The notes under the pieces are model-generated. The model worked only from the letters and a program-made list of their open reading frames with translations. It ran no database searches and was not told where the DNA came from. Of a stretch of 32,000 bases of DNA, positions 1-7,505 are shown piece by piece; position 1 is the stretch's first letter; each line of letters begins with the position of its first letter. The DNA comes from Ignicoccus hospitalis KIN4/I (GTDB lineage Archaea > Thermoproteota > Thermoprotei_A > Sulfolobales > Ignicoccaceae), in NCBI RefSeq assembly GCF_000017945.1, contig NC_009776.1, positions 630,001-662,000 on the forward strand, given 5' to 3'. Made by a program: the position numbers and the translations under genes.

Positions 1-540
1 GAGTTCAGAGTAAGCGCGGCCCGAGTACTTGGGAGGTATTTTAACTTGAATAATGGCCTTCGCTATCTTGATTGGAATTATTCTAGATATGGCCCTGACT
101 ATCTGCATAGCTTGTTCTTCCACGCTCTTGTAGGGGTCTACGCCGACCTTGGCCCTCTCCATGGCCGCCTCTATCCTCGCCGGAGGAATCGGGAGTTTGG
201 TCTGGGGATCTATCGCGTTCTTGGCAATGTAGTTAATTATTTGACGTTTCTTCTGCTCTATAATTTTCCTCCTCTGTTCGGCCGTGAGCTGTATCTCGCC
301 TTTAGTGATTATCTCTAAAGCAACCTTCTTCACGTCGTCCGTTCCAAACACCTTCTTTAAAGTCTCTGGGGAGACTCTGTCGCCGCTGCCCACGTCCTTG
401 TATATCGTATCAGCAATTAGAACCTCTTCTATCGGTATTTGCTTACCGGACTTGAGTTCTAGAGCTTTATCGGGGTCCACCAAGATTTCGAACTTGTGGC
501 CCTTGTACTCGTACCGGGCGACCACGTAATTACGCTTCAA
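1..540 (-). CDS. SBDS/Sdo1-family ribosome maturation protein (N-terminal about 180 codons; C-terminus lies beyond the left window edge)
   Basis: Absent from the ORF track because it runs off the edge. Manual minus-strand translation from TTG(540) or GTG(525) gives (L)KRNYVVARYEYKGHKFEILVDPDKALELKSGKQIPIEEVLIADTIYKDVGSGDRVSPETLKKVFGTDDVKKVALEIITKGEIQLTAEQRRKIIEQKKRQIINYIAKNAIDPQTKLPIPP..., an SBDS FYSH-domain-type N-terminus. The frame stays open to nt 1. The + ORFs 46..318 and 284..529 are antisense shadows. It overlaps the moaA stop by 11 nt. Confidence 0.8.
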   Translation of the reverse strand, partial: MKRNYVVARYEYKGHKFEILVDPDKALELKSGKQIPIEEVLIADTIYKDVGSGDRVSPETLKKVFGTDDVKKVALEIITKGEIQLTAEQRRKIIEQKKRQIINYIAKNAIDPQTKLPIPPARIEAAMERAKVGVDPYKSVEEQAMQIVRAISRIIPIKIAKAIIQVKIPPKYSGRAYSEL

Positions 541-1588
541 GAGGTCTTCCCTCTCTTACCCTCGCCGAGCGGAATTGAAGTTTAGCCCTCTTCGGCAGCC
601 CGATCCTGCCTACTTGGATCCCCTTTTTAACCATCAAACCTTTAGCCTCGAAGTCTAAGTTCCACATGTAGTATGGTCTCCTCTTATCGTTGAGTTCTAG
701 AATGCCCTCTATTATTTTCATTATTTTAATTTCCCTAGACTCGCCGGATCGTAACACTCTGGAAGCGTCAAAATGCGTTTGGTAAACGTTTATACAAGGG
801 TAGAACTTACCGTCCGCGCTCAACCTCAGTCGCGTGCACCCCGCGCAGAAGTAAGGGTTGCCGACGGGCTCTATCAGCTCGACGAAGTTCTTGCCCAAGT
901 AATACCTAGGCCTATTGTGTAGTTCTCTGACTTCCTTTTTATCAGCAACCTCCTCGAGCCACTTCTTCAACCGCTCTATGGGCTCTCTTGAGTGGCGCTC
1001 GCGGAATATGTGGGCCCCGTTGCCTACTGGGTGCAACTCGATCACGTGAACGGAGGCTCCCTTTCCTATGGCGTACTTCACTATCTCTTCCACCTCGTCC
1101 TCGTTTATCCCCCTCAAAACGACCACATTTACCCTGACCTCTATGCCGTTTTCTAAAGCCTTTTCTATCCCGTTCAACACGCGGTTAAGGGCGTCGACGC
1201 CCGTTATCCTTCTAAATCGCTGCCTCTTGAGGCTGTGTAAACTAACGTTTATCCAACTCACGCCGGCCTCCTTGAGGCCCTCTGTCCTCTCCGGCAGCAA
1301 GAAGCCGTTGGTAGTGATGGATATCTCCTCGAACCCGTGTTCTTTAAATGAATGAATTATTTCTTCTAGGTCGCTTCGGAGCAACGGCTCGCCCCCGGTG
1401 AACTTGACGTACTTTAATCCGAGCCTCGAGGTGGCTTCCGCTATCATGTCGTAATCGTTGACGGAGAGCTCGTCAAACGAGCCTCTACCCGCGCCTTCGG
1501 AGTGGCAGAATATGCAATTGAAGTTACACCTCTCCGTAACGGACACCCTTAAGGTCGCCAGGCTTCTGCCGTAGGCGTCGCGGATCAT
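530..1588 (-). CDS. moaA: GTP 3',8-cyclase MoaA (molybdenum cofactor biosynthesis, radical SAM)
   Basis: 352 aa. Canonical radical-SAM CX3CX2C (TERCNFNCIFCH), KFTGGEPLLR, ITTNG, and a MoaA-type second Cys cluster (FCAGCTRLRLSADGKFYPC). It has a basic C-terminal tail of about 40 aa that seems longer than in the MoaA proteins I recall. Confidence 0.85.
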   Translation of the reverse strand: MIRDAYGRSLATLRVSVTERCNFNCIFCHSEGAGRGSFDELSVNDYDMIAEATSRLGLKYVKFTGGEPLLRSDLEEIIHSFKEHGFEEISITTNGFLLPERTEGLKEAGVSWINVSLHSLKRQRFRRITGVDALNRVLNGIEKALENGIEVRVNVVVLRGINEDEVEEIVKYAIGKGASVHVIELHPVGNGAHIFRERHSREPIERLKKWLEEVADKKEVRELHNRPRYYLGKNFVELIEPVGNPYFCAGCTRLRLSADGKFYPCINVYQTHFDASRVLRSGESREIKIMKIIEGILELNDKRRPYYMWNLDFEAKGLMVKKGIQVGRIGLPKRAKLQFRSARVREGRPLEA

Positions 1589-1625
1589 AGCCCGACATCT
1601 CTGGATCTCTAAAGCGACTAGAGCG

Positions 1626-2093
1626 TTAGAAACGTATTGCCGTTACCTCGAAGGCGGCAGCGACCAAGAGGTACAGTACTGATTTAACCAGATCCGGTTT
1701 CCTCCGCGTCGTCGCTAAAGCGTATGCATAGAGTTCCAGAAGCGTGTGGGCGCCGAGTACTACATTTAGGGGGTAACCTCGGGAGAGCGAGGAGCCTACG
1801 AGGGCCGTGTAGCTGACCGCGAAGCCGTAGTACCCCTTCCCCAAAAGGGCGCTCAATATCAGAATCAATATATTATGTTGGAAGATCCTCGCGATAGCCA
1901 AGAGGGGGTCCGAGCGCCTCGCAAAGTCAGCTATTTCCACTATTTCCCTTTTAATTGCGGAAGGGACGTCACACTTGAACAAAGAAACCAGCGCGACCGT
2001 TATCCAGCCCAGTAGGAACAATTTCGTTGGGTCGTCGGGCGCCTTAACGTGGAACACAATGCCAATTACTATTGGGATAAGGATGCACATCAT
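1626..2093 (-). CDS. small polytopic membrane protein (about 4-5 TM; possibly DUF95/SpoIIM-like)
   Basis: 155 aa with several hydrophobic helices (MMCILIPIVIGIVF, LFLLGWITVALVSLF, ILILILSALLG, VVLGAHTLLELYAYALA, VLYLLVAAAFEV). Its start shares nt 2093 with the upstream gene's stop. The family assignment is a weak recollection only. Confidence 0.5.
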   Translation of the reverse strand: MMCILIPIVIGIVFHVKAPDDPTKLFLLGWITVALVSLFKCDVPSAIKREIVEIADFARRSDPLLAIARIFQHNILILILSALLGKGYYGFAVSYTALVGSSLSRGYPLNVVLGAHTLLELYAYALATTRRKPDLVKSVLYLLVAAAFEVTAIRF

Positions 2094-2473
2094 TAGGGCG
2101 TTGCCACCAAAACCCCCTTACGGGCGGGGACGTTAACCCCTCTCACGGTGACGCTTATAGGAGCCCAAGGCTCGGGCGCCTTGCCCCCAAAGGCGATGGA
2201 CTTCCACCCCTCGCGTACGACCACGTCGCTGGGCTCTTCGTTCAAGGCCACTACGGGGTAAGTCCCGTTGCCTATCAACACGTTGATCGCTTCCCCGCCC
2301 CACACCGCGTAGCCCCACGCGTCGCCTCCAACGAGACGCTCCGGAGGCCTTCCGAGCACGAAGAGCTTTCCACTTATTCTAATCCACTTTACCGCGCGCA
2401 CTTCGAACTCCTCCGTCCTGCACCGACCGTCTTCGGTGCAGACCTTGAAGCTTAGCGTCGCCATATTCTCCAA
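2093..2473 (-). CDS. hypothetical small beta-rich protein
   Basis: 126-aa ORF with a non-shadow composition, first gene of a minus-strand string running down to SBDS. The TATA-like ATATTTTATT (minus strand, 2488..2497) fits better with the second ATG (MATLSF, 2464) as a leaderless start. Confidence 0.45.
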   Translation of the reverse strand: MENMATLSFKVCTEDGRCRTEEFEVRAVKWIRISGKLFVLGRPPERLVGGDAWGYAVWGGEAINVLIGNGTYPVVALNEEPSDVVVREGWKSIAFGGKAPEPWAPISVTVRGVNVPARKGVLVATP

Positions 2474-2486
2474 CCTCCATAGACAA

Positions 2487-2508
2487 CAATAAAATATCCT
2501 ATATTTAG
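2487..2508. promoter_or_regulatory. divergent promoter region with two TATA-like boxes
   Basis: TATATTTA at 2500..2507 is centred about 28 nt upstream of GTG 2531 (+ gene). AATAAAATAT at 2488..2497 reads ATATTTTATT on the minus strand, about 20-28 nt upstream of ATG 2473/2464. Confidence 0.4.
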
Positions 2509-2530
2509 TTAGCCCAGAGGGTAGCGAGGA

Positions 2531-3352
2531 GTGCCGCCGTTCGTGCGCGACAGAGACGAGGACGTCGCAGTGTTATACCCCTTTATAATGAGACAAAGAA
2601 CACTAGACATAAGGTTCCTCGTAGTTAAGATGAGAGCCGACAAGAAGGATGAAACACTAAAGAAGATGTTAGATCTCTTGATGTCTAAAGATATAGACGT
2701 GTTACACATGATTAGAGGTCCGACCGACGTTAAGGCAAAATCTGTAACATACATATTCGTACTCAACATGAGGAGGGCTAGCATAACTATAGAGGCGCTA
2801 GTTCAAGAGCTAAAGAAGATGGAAGGGATAAAGGACGTAATGAGCAAGACCGAGAAATTGGGCGACATAACGTTCTTCCCCAACGCCTTTCCGCTGTACA
2901 CCTACGACCGGGCAGTGGTGCTGAGTTCCGACTTCTTGAAGGCTTTATTTAACTCGTTCTACGCTTACTTCAAGCAACCCGCCTTGGCGGCCAGCATACT
3001 GTACCAACTGGGCATGAGGGTTGGGTACTCGCTGGCAAAGGAGATACACGAAGAAACCAAACATACGGGCGAAGTTCTCATCAGAGACGTATTGGATTTA
3101 CTTAAGAGCTTTGGGATAGGGAACTTCGACTTTAAGGTCTCAAGGCTAAAACACGGAGAATATACGTTTAGATTAGAGAAGAGCTTGGAGGCAGAAGTAG
3201 TCACAATAAAGGGGCCCAGATGTCACTTCACCCGGGGGCTGCTCAGCGGCATAGTGTCCTTTGTAGAAGGGGAGTACGTACAAGTTCAAGAGACCAAGTG
3301 TTCGGAGGGCTCCCCGTCTCCGTGCATCTTCGTAACCCTTCGGAAAAAGTGA
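2531..3352 (+). CDS. V4R (4-vinyl reductase) domain protein with an ACT-like N-terminal region
   Basis: 273 aa, GTG start. The C-terminal half (ILYQLGMRVGYSLAKEI ... CHFTRGLLSGIVSFVEGE ... ETKCSEGSPSPCIF) matches the V4R small-molecule-binding pattern as I recall it. The N-terminal about 110 aa are unassigned. Confidence 0.55.
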   Translation: MPPFVRDRDEDVAVLYPFIMRQRTLDIRFLVVKMRADKKDETLKKMLDLLMSKDIDVLHMIRGPTDVKAKSVTYIFVLNMRRASITIEALVQELKKMEGIKDVMSKTEKLGDITFFPNAFPLYTYDRAVVLSSDFLKALFNSFYAYFKQPALAASILYQLGMRVGYSLAKEIHEETKHTGEVLIRDVLDLLKSFGIGNFDFKVSRLKHGEYTFRLEKSLEAEVVTIKGPRCHFTRGLLSGIVSFVEGEYVQVQETKCSEGSPSPCIFVTLRKK

Positions 3353-3365
3353 GTCCCCAAGGCGC

Positions 3366-3743
3366 TTAACATTTGGAGAGCCTCTTTACCACCTCTTCCA
3401 TCCGAGCCACGGTCTCCTCGTCAACCACGTGTTCTATCAAACATGCCACTTCTTCCGCCTTCTTCTCGTCCATATGAACGACGTCAACGAAAAATTCCTT
3501 TATCTTCTTGAATTTCATCATGAGCTCGCGCGCTCTTCTCAACCCCTCTTCGGTGAGGCTCACCCGCCCCTGCGAGTAGGTGGCCAGCCCCATCTCTTGG
3601 AGCTTGTTTATGTATTGTAAGACCGTCGGGGGCTTTAGGCCCATGGCCCTTGCCACTTCTTTCAACCGTACGTCTCCCTTGCTCGTTTGAAGGGAGTAAA
3701 TCACCTTCAAGTAGTCTTCAAAGCGCCTCCCGTAGGTGCTCAT
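3366..3743 (-). CDS. DtxR/MntR-family metal-dependent transcriptional repressor (short form)
   Basis: 125 aa: FEDYLKVIYSLQTSKGDVRLKEVARAMGLKPPTVLQYINKLQEMGL ... LTEEGLRRARELMMKFKKIKEFF. This is the typical DtxR N-terminal wHTH plus dimerisation helix. It has an ATGA overlap with the upstream gene. Confidence 0.8.
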   Translation of the reverse strand: MSTYGRRFEDYLKVIYSLQTSKGDVRLKEVARAMGLKPPTVLQYINKLQEMGLATYSQGRVSLTEEGLRRARELMMKFKKIKEFFVDVVHMDEKKAEEVACLIEHVVDEETVARMEEVVKRLSKC

Positions 3744-4048
3744 GACTTCTCCAGCTTCTCCAAGACCGCTTCAACTTTTTTATCCATATCTAGTTCTTTA
3801 TCGAACCTTACGTCGGCCCTCATCACCATGACCACCCTTTTAACCCCTTTGTCGCGCAACCTCTCCACGATCTCTTGAGCCAGCGCCCCCGCCTCCTCCA
3901 ACGAGGGCAGCTTTACCACAGTACCCATGGGGGTGACTCTGAACTCCAAGTTCCTTTTTCGAATGACGTCAACGGCCTCCGCCACCAAGTCGGAGACGCT
4001 GGGGCTGCAAGTACCCAGCGGCAATACTTGGTATTCTACGAGATACAC
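3740..4048 (-). CDS. MTH1187/YkoF-like (DUF77, UPF0045) protein
   Basis: 102 aa: YLVEYQVLPLGTCSPSVSDLVAEAVDVIRKRNLEFRVTPMGTVV ... KRVVMVMRADVRFDKELDMDKKVEAVLEKL follows the DUF77 ferredoxin-like pattern. Confidence 0.65.
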   Translation of the reverse strand: MYLVEYQVLPLGTCSPSVSDLVAEAVDVIRKRNLEFRVTPMGTVVKLPSLEEAGALAQEIVERLRDKGVKRVVMVMRADVRFDKELDMDKKVEAVLEKLEKS

Positions 4049-4082
4049 GCTCCCACCAACGGAGGGCCGTAGAAGAGGAGAC

Positions 4083-4088
4083 TATAAA
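4083..4088 (+). promoter_or_regulatory. TATA box for the PRTase gene
   Basis: TATAAA lies about 32-37 nt upstream of GTG 4120. Confidence 0.35.
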
Positions 4089-4119
4089 GAGAGCGTTCAT
4101 ATCGTGTAGGGGAGACGGC

Positions 4120-4776
4120 GTGGTCAAGCTTAGGGTGAAGGTAGTAACTTGGGAGGACGTTGTCCGCTGGACCAAGGAGTTGGCCTTCGTAATACTCGAA
4201 TCTGGGTACAAGCCTGACGTAATAGTTGCGATCGCCAGAGGCGGCCTTACGCCCGCCAGGCTGCTGGCAGATTACATGGACGTCATAGATATCTTGTCGC
4301 TGAAGGTAGAACACTGGGTAGAGACCGGGAGCCACCAAGAGGAGGCGGTGATCAAGTACGCCGCGCAAGGGATCGACTTGAGCAACGCGAAGGTCTTGAT
4401 AGTCGACGACATTTGCGATACTGGGAAGAGCTTAATGGTAGCTAAGGACTATGTCGAAAAGTACTGGAAGGCGAGACAAGTGAAGTTGGCAACTATGCAA
4501 TACATAGAGCCCGTGGCTCAGATAAGGCCGGACTACTTCGTGGACTTGGTGAGGGACTGGACGTGGTACATGTACCCGTGGAATTACGTGGAGGACATGG
4601 TCAACCTAGTTAAAAAGATATTGAAGGAACACGCGCCCTTAAGCTTGCAAGAGATAATAATAAAGTTCCAAGAGTGGTACAATATAACGCCTCCCATACC
4701 GCTTTCGGAAACTCTGAGAGTAATGGAGTATAGGGGTCTAGTGAAGAAGGTAGACGGTAAGTACGAGCTGAGCTAA
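4120..4776 (+). CDS. purine phosphoribosyltransferase (type I PRT) with a wHTH-like C-terminal extension
   Basis: 218 aa. KPDVIVAIARGGLTPARLLADYM and the PRPP loop VLIVDDICDTGKSL are present. The last about 55 aa (LSLQEIIIKFQEWYNITPPIPLSETLRVMEYRGLVKKVDGKYELS) look like a winged helix. Confidence 0.75.
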   Translation: MVKLRVKVVTWEDVVRWTKELAFVILESGYKPDVIVAIARGGLTPARLLADYMDVIDILSLKVEHWVETGSHQEEAVIKYAAQGIDLSNAKVLIVDDICDTGKSLMVAKDYVEKYWKARQVKLATMQYIEPVAQIRPDYFVDLVRDWTWYMYPWNYVEDMVNLVKKILKEHAPLSLQEIIIKFQEWYNITPPIPLSETLRVMEYRGLVKKVDGKYELS

Positions 4777-4791
4777 AGTTCTATGGGCTCA

Positions 4792-4799
4792 TTTTTATA
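4792..4799 (+). promoter_or_regulatory. TATA box
   Basis: TTTTTATA is centred about 29 nt upstream of GTG 4825. Confidence 0.4.
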
Positions 4800-4824
4800 C
4801 GTACCTTGAGGGATCCTTAAGGGG

Positions 4825-5892
4825 GTGCCAACGACGACTTACGACTATTTCGTCCTCGGAGGAGGACCCGCGGGGGTCGCGGCCGCGTACTTCCTCAGTC
4901 AAGAGGGGTACAAGGTACTCCTAGTCGAACAGAGGCCCCACTTAGGGGCCAAGCCTTGCGGCGGGGGCGTGCCCACTCAGCTGAACATGACGCTGACTGT
5001 TCCGGCGGACTCCATTTTGAACAAGATAAGGTCGTTGACCCTCTACTTTAACATGAAACACGTAGGGACGTGGGACGCGAAGGAAACGATATTCTATTTG
5101 ATAGATAGGACTAAGTTCTTGGAACACTACTCCACTTCCTTCGACGTCGCCCTCAAGACGTCGGCAAAGGTAACTCACTTGTATGCAACCATTAATAACG
5201 AAAAAGTTGACATTTCTAAGGTGATAATTGCCACAGGGTACTCGTGGAGGTTCCGAGAACGCGACATGCTGGCGCAAACCCTACAGTACTACGTGAAAGA
5301 TATAAAGATAGATGATCCGAGCGAGATGAAATTCTACTTCTTCAAGGACTTGATAGGCTACGCGTGGTTCTTCCCGTACGGAGAGAGGGAGGCGAAGGTG
5401 GGCATCGGCGGCCTAGACGTGACGGTAAATCAACTCAAAGTGAGGTTAGATATGCTCCTAAAAGAACTTAATATCGATACAAGCTCGATAACTAGGATTG
5501 ATGGGGCACCCATAGACATGGGCGGGATAAAGCTGGAATGGGCCAAAGAGCCCACCTACGTAGTGGGCGAGGCGTTGGGCGCCGTAATGCCATTAACTGG
5601 AGAGGGCATAAGGCCGAGCATACTCACCGCCAAGGTCTTGGCCCACGCGATAGCCCGCGAAAAGGACTATCGGGAGGTATTGGGAAGCATGAAGTTATAC
5701 AAAGCAACCCAGCTCCAAGCGAAGATTCTGAAGAAGGTCAGGAAGGAGGGGAAGGTGCCGACGCTAAAGGAGCTAAGCCCGAAGAACGTGGAGGCCATCT
5801 ATAAGTTTGGGATGGGAGAGGCAGGCATCAGAGAGTTCTTAAGTATACTGCCCAAGGCGTTCTCGCTGTCCCTCCTCAAGAAGCTAATTTAA
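4825..5892 (+). CDS. FAD-dependent oxidoreductase, geranylgeranyl reductase family
   Basis: 355 aa. N-terminal dinucleotide-binding motif YDYFVLGGGPAGVAAAYFLSQEGYKVLLVEQ followed by KPCGGGVP, characteristic of GGR-family flavoproteins. Confidence 0.7.
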   Translation: MPTTTYDYFVLGGGPAGVAAAYFLSQEGYKVLLVEQRPHLGAKPCGGGVPTQLNMTLTVPADSILNKIRSLTLYFNMKHVGTWDAKETIFYLIDRTKFLEHYSTSFDVALKTSAKVTHLYATINNEKVDISKVIIATGYSWRFRERDMLAQTLQYYVKDIKIDDPSEMKFYFFKDLIGYAWFFPYGEREAKVGIGGLDVTVNQLKVRLDMLLKELNIDTSSITRIDGAPIDMGGIKLEWAKEPTYVVGEALGAVMPLTGEGIRPSILTAKVLAHAIAREKDYREVLGSMKLYKATQLQAKILKKVRKEGKVPTLKELSPKNVEAIYKFGMGEAGIREFLSILPKAFSLSLLKKLI

Positions 5893-5902
5893 GGGTGACA
5901 GC

Positions 5903-6367
5903 GTGCCCGACAAGCCCGTAGAGCTAGACGAAATAGATAAGAAAATTATAGAGATCCTTCAAAAGGACGCCAGAACGTCGTTTTCCAAAATTGCCAAGAT
6001 GTTGGACCGCAGCGAAGCCACGATACACCTGCGCGTAAAGAAGCTCCGCGAGATGGGCGTACTTAGAGGTTTCTACGCTGACATCGATGCATCGAAGATA
6101 GGGAAGGACACTATAGCTTTTATATTAATCAAGATAGACGCTAACAAGTACCCGGAGACGGTCAAAGATATCGTGAAATTAGAGGACATCTACGAAGCTT
6201 ACGACGTAACGGGCGAGTACTCCCTCTTGGTAAAGACTGTCGTTAGGGATAGGGAGGAGTTAGCGAGGCTGCTGGACTTAATAGGTAAGATGGAGGGGGT
6301 GCAAGAGACCTACACGATGTATGTGTTAAGGGTTCTCAAGGAAGTTAAGTCAGTTAGGGTCGACTGA
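5903..6367 (+). CDS. Lrp/AsnC family transcriptional regulator
   Basis: 154 aa: LDEIDKKIIEILQKDARTSFSKIAKMLDRSEATIHLRVKKLREMGVLRGF (HTH) plus a C-terminal RAM/ACT-like domain (YEAYDVTGEYSLLVKTVVRDREEL). Confidence 0.85.
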   Translation: MPDKPVELDEIDKKIIEILQKDARTSFSKIAKMLDRSEATIHLRVKKLREMGVLRGFYADIDASKIGKDTIAFILIKIDANKYPETVKDIVKLEDIYEAYDVTGEYSLLVKTVVRDREELARLLDLIGKMEGVQETYTMYVLRVLKEVKSVRVD

Positions 6368-7505
6368 GCTTGGGCTTAACGCGGGGGGCTAGGAATAAGA
6401 CTGCCTCGCCCCGCTCCAGCTCGCCCAACAGGGCGCTCTCGGGAGGCGCTGGTTTGCCTTTGTGTACGAACACCCCGGCCTCCGTTGGCACCTCGAGGGC
6501 CTCGAAGACTTCTCGGACCCTCCTCGCTCCGCCCACCTCCGCCCACGCGTAAGTACCTTGACCTACTATCAGCAAGTTTCCATTGCCAGTAACTTCGGCC
6601 TTCGGTTCCAAGGGCCTCTCGTCCAGTTTACCGACTTTTCTACGAAGAGAACAAACGGAGCAGACCTCGCCCCACGCGGGGCCCCCACAGTACTTACACG
6701 CGTTGGGCTCGCCTTCCCCCTCGTTTCCGCCCTCGCGCCTTACTACGTAATTAAGTAAGTTGATCCTAACGTTCCCATACCTTTCCTCCAGTTTCAGTAT
6801 TGTCTCCTTAACGTAATCCACGAACGTGGACCGCGGCTCGTACAAGGGACACGAGGCCTTCAACCACGGCAGCTTCTTTGATAACAAGAAGGTCATTATT
6901 TCCTTCTCGCCTATCCAAAACAAGGGCTTCACGCGCCCGCGGGCGGGACCTTTGGGCCTTTCGACCGGCCTCACCTTCTTCAAGCTCTGGAAGTCGCCCC
7001 TCAATATGTAAGACAAGGCCCACGAGGCCATGTCGTCCATGTTGTGACCCGTCGCGATGTACTCGATGCCCAACCTCCGGGCCAAGAGCTCTAGGGCGTG
7101 ACGCCTAAGTTTCGAGCATATGGAACAGGGCGCCCTCCTAAGCTTCTTATACGAAAGCGCTGTAAAGCCGTACAACTCTTTAGCGTACACCGTATAATGA
7201 GTAACTCCCAGCTCTTCGGCGACGCGCTTAGCCAACTCTGCTTCCAACGAAGTGTAGTTAGGCACCGTATCGACGGTTGCCGCTACTACCTCTGTCCCTA
7301 CTTTCTTCAATAGGTACAGTAGGGCGACGCTGTCCTTCCCTCCGGAGAGCCCTAGTAACACCCTCTTGGGGAGCTCGACCTTCTTCAACCTTTTAATTAG
7401 AAACTCCTCCAAGTGACGTTTGCAGAGTCGCAAGCGGGCGTACTTAATCGTTATTATTGCTTCTCTATCACAAAATGAACACCTAGGTCTCTTCACCTCG
7501 CTCAT
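6354..7505 (-). CDS. TtuA/Ncs6(NcsA)-type PP-loop tRNA 2-thiolation enzyme homologue with an extra C-terminal domain of about 85 aa
   Basis: 383 aa. N-terminal Zn finger CSFC..x..CKRH, PP-loop LGLSGGKDSVALLYLL, Fe-S Cys pair APCSICSKLRRHAL, GHNMDD, ASCPL, second Zn finger CKYCGGPAWGEVCSVCS. About 85 additional residues follow. ATGA overlap with the upstream radical-SAM gene. Confidence 0.75.
   Translation of the reverse strand: MSEVKRPRCSFCDREAIITIKYARLRLCKRHLEEFLIKRLKKVELPKRVLLGLSGGKDSVALLYLLKKVGTEVVAATVDTVPNYTSLEAELAKRVAEELGVTHYTVYAKELYGFTALSYKKLRRAPCSICSKLRRHALELLARRLGIEYIATGHNMDDMASWALSYILRGDFQSLKKVRPVERPKGPARGRVKPLFWIGEKEIMTFLLSKKLPWLKASCPLYEPRSTFVDYVKETILKLEERYGNVRINLLNYVVRREGGNEGEGEPNACKYCGGPAWGEVCSVCSLRRKVGKLDERPLEPKAEVTGNGNLLIVGQGTYAWAEVGGARRVREVFEALEVPTEAGVFVHKGKPAPPESALLGELERGEAVLFLAPRVKPKLSRP

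Noticed and set aside
46-529. Two + strand ORFs (46..318 and 284..529) at the left edge.
   Set aside because: The minus strand here encodes a clear SBDS-family N-terminus that is open to nt 1. The + ORFs are shadows.
4036-4368. A 110-aa minus-strand ORF bridging the DUF77/PRTase intergenic region.
   Set aside because: It overlaps the PRTase gene in antisense and crosses the promoter region. Its composition is shadow-like.
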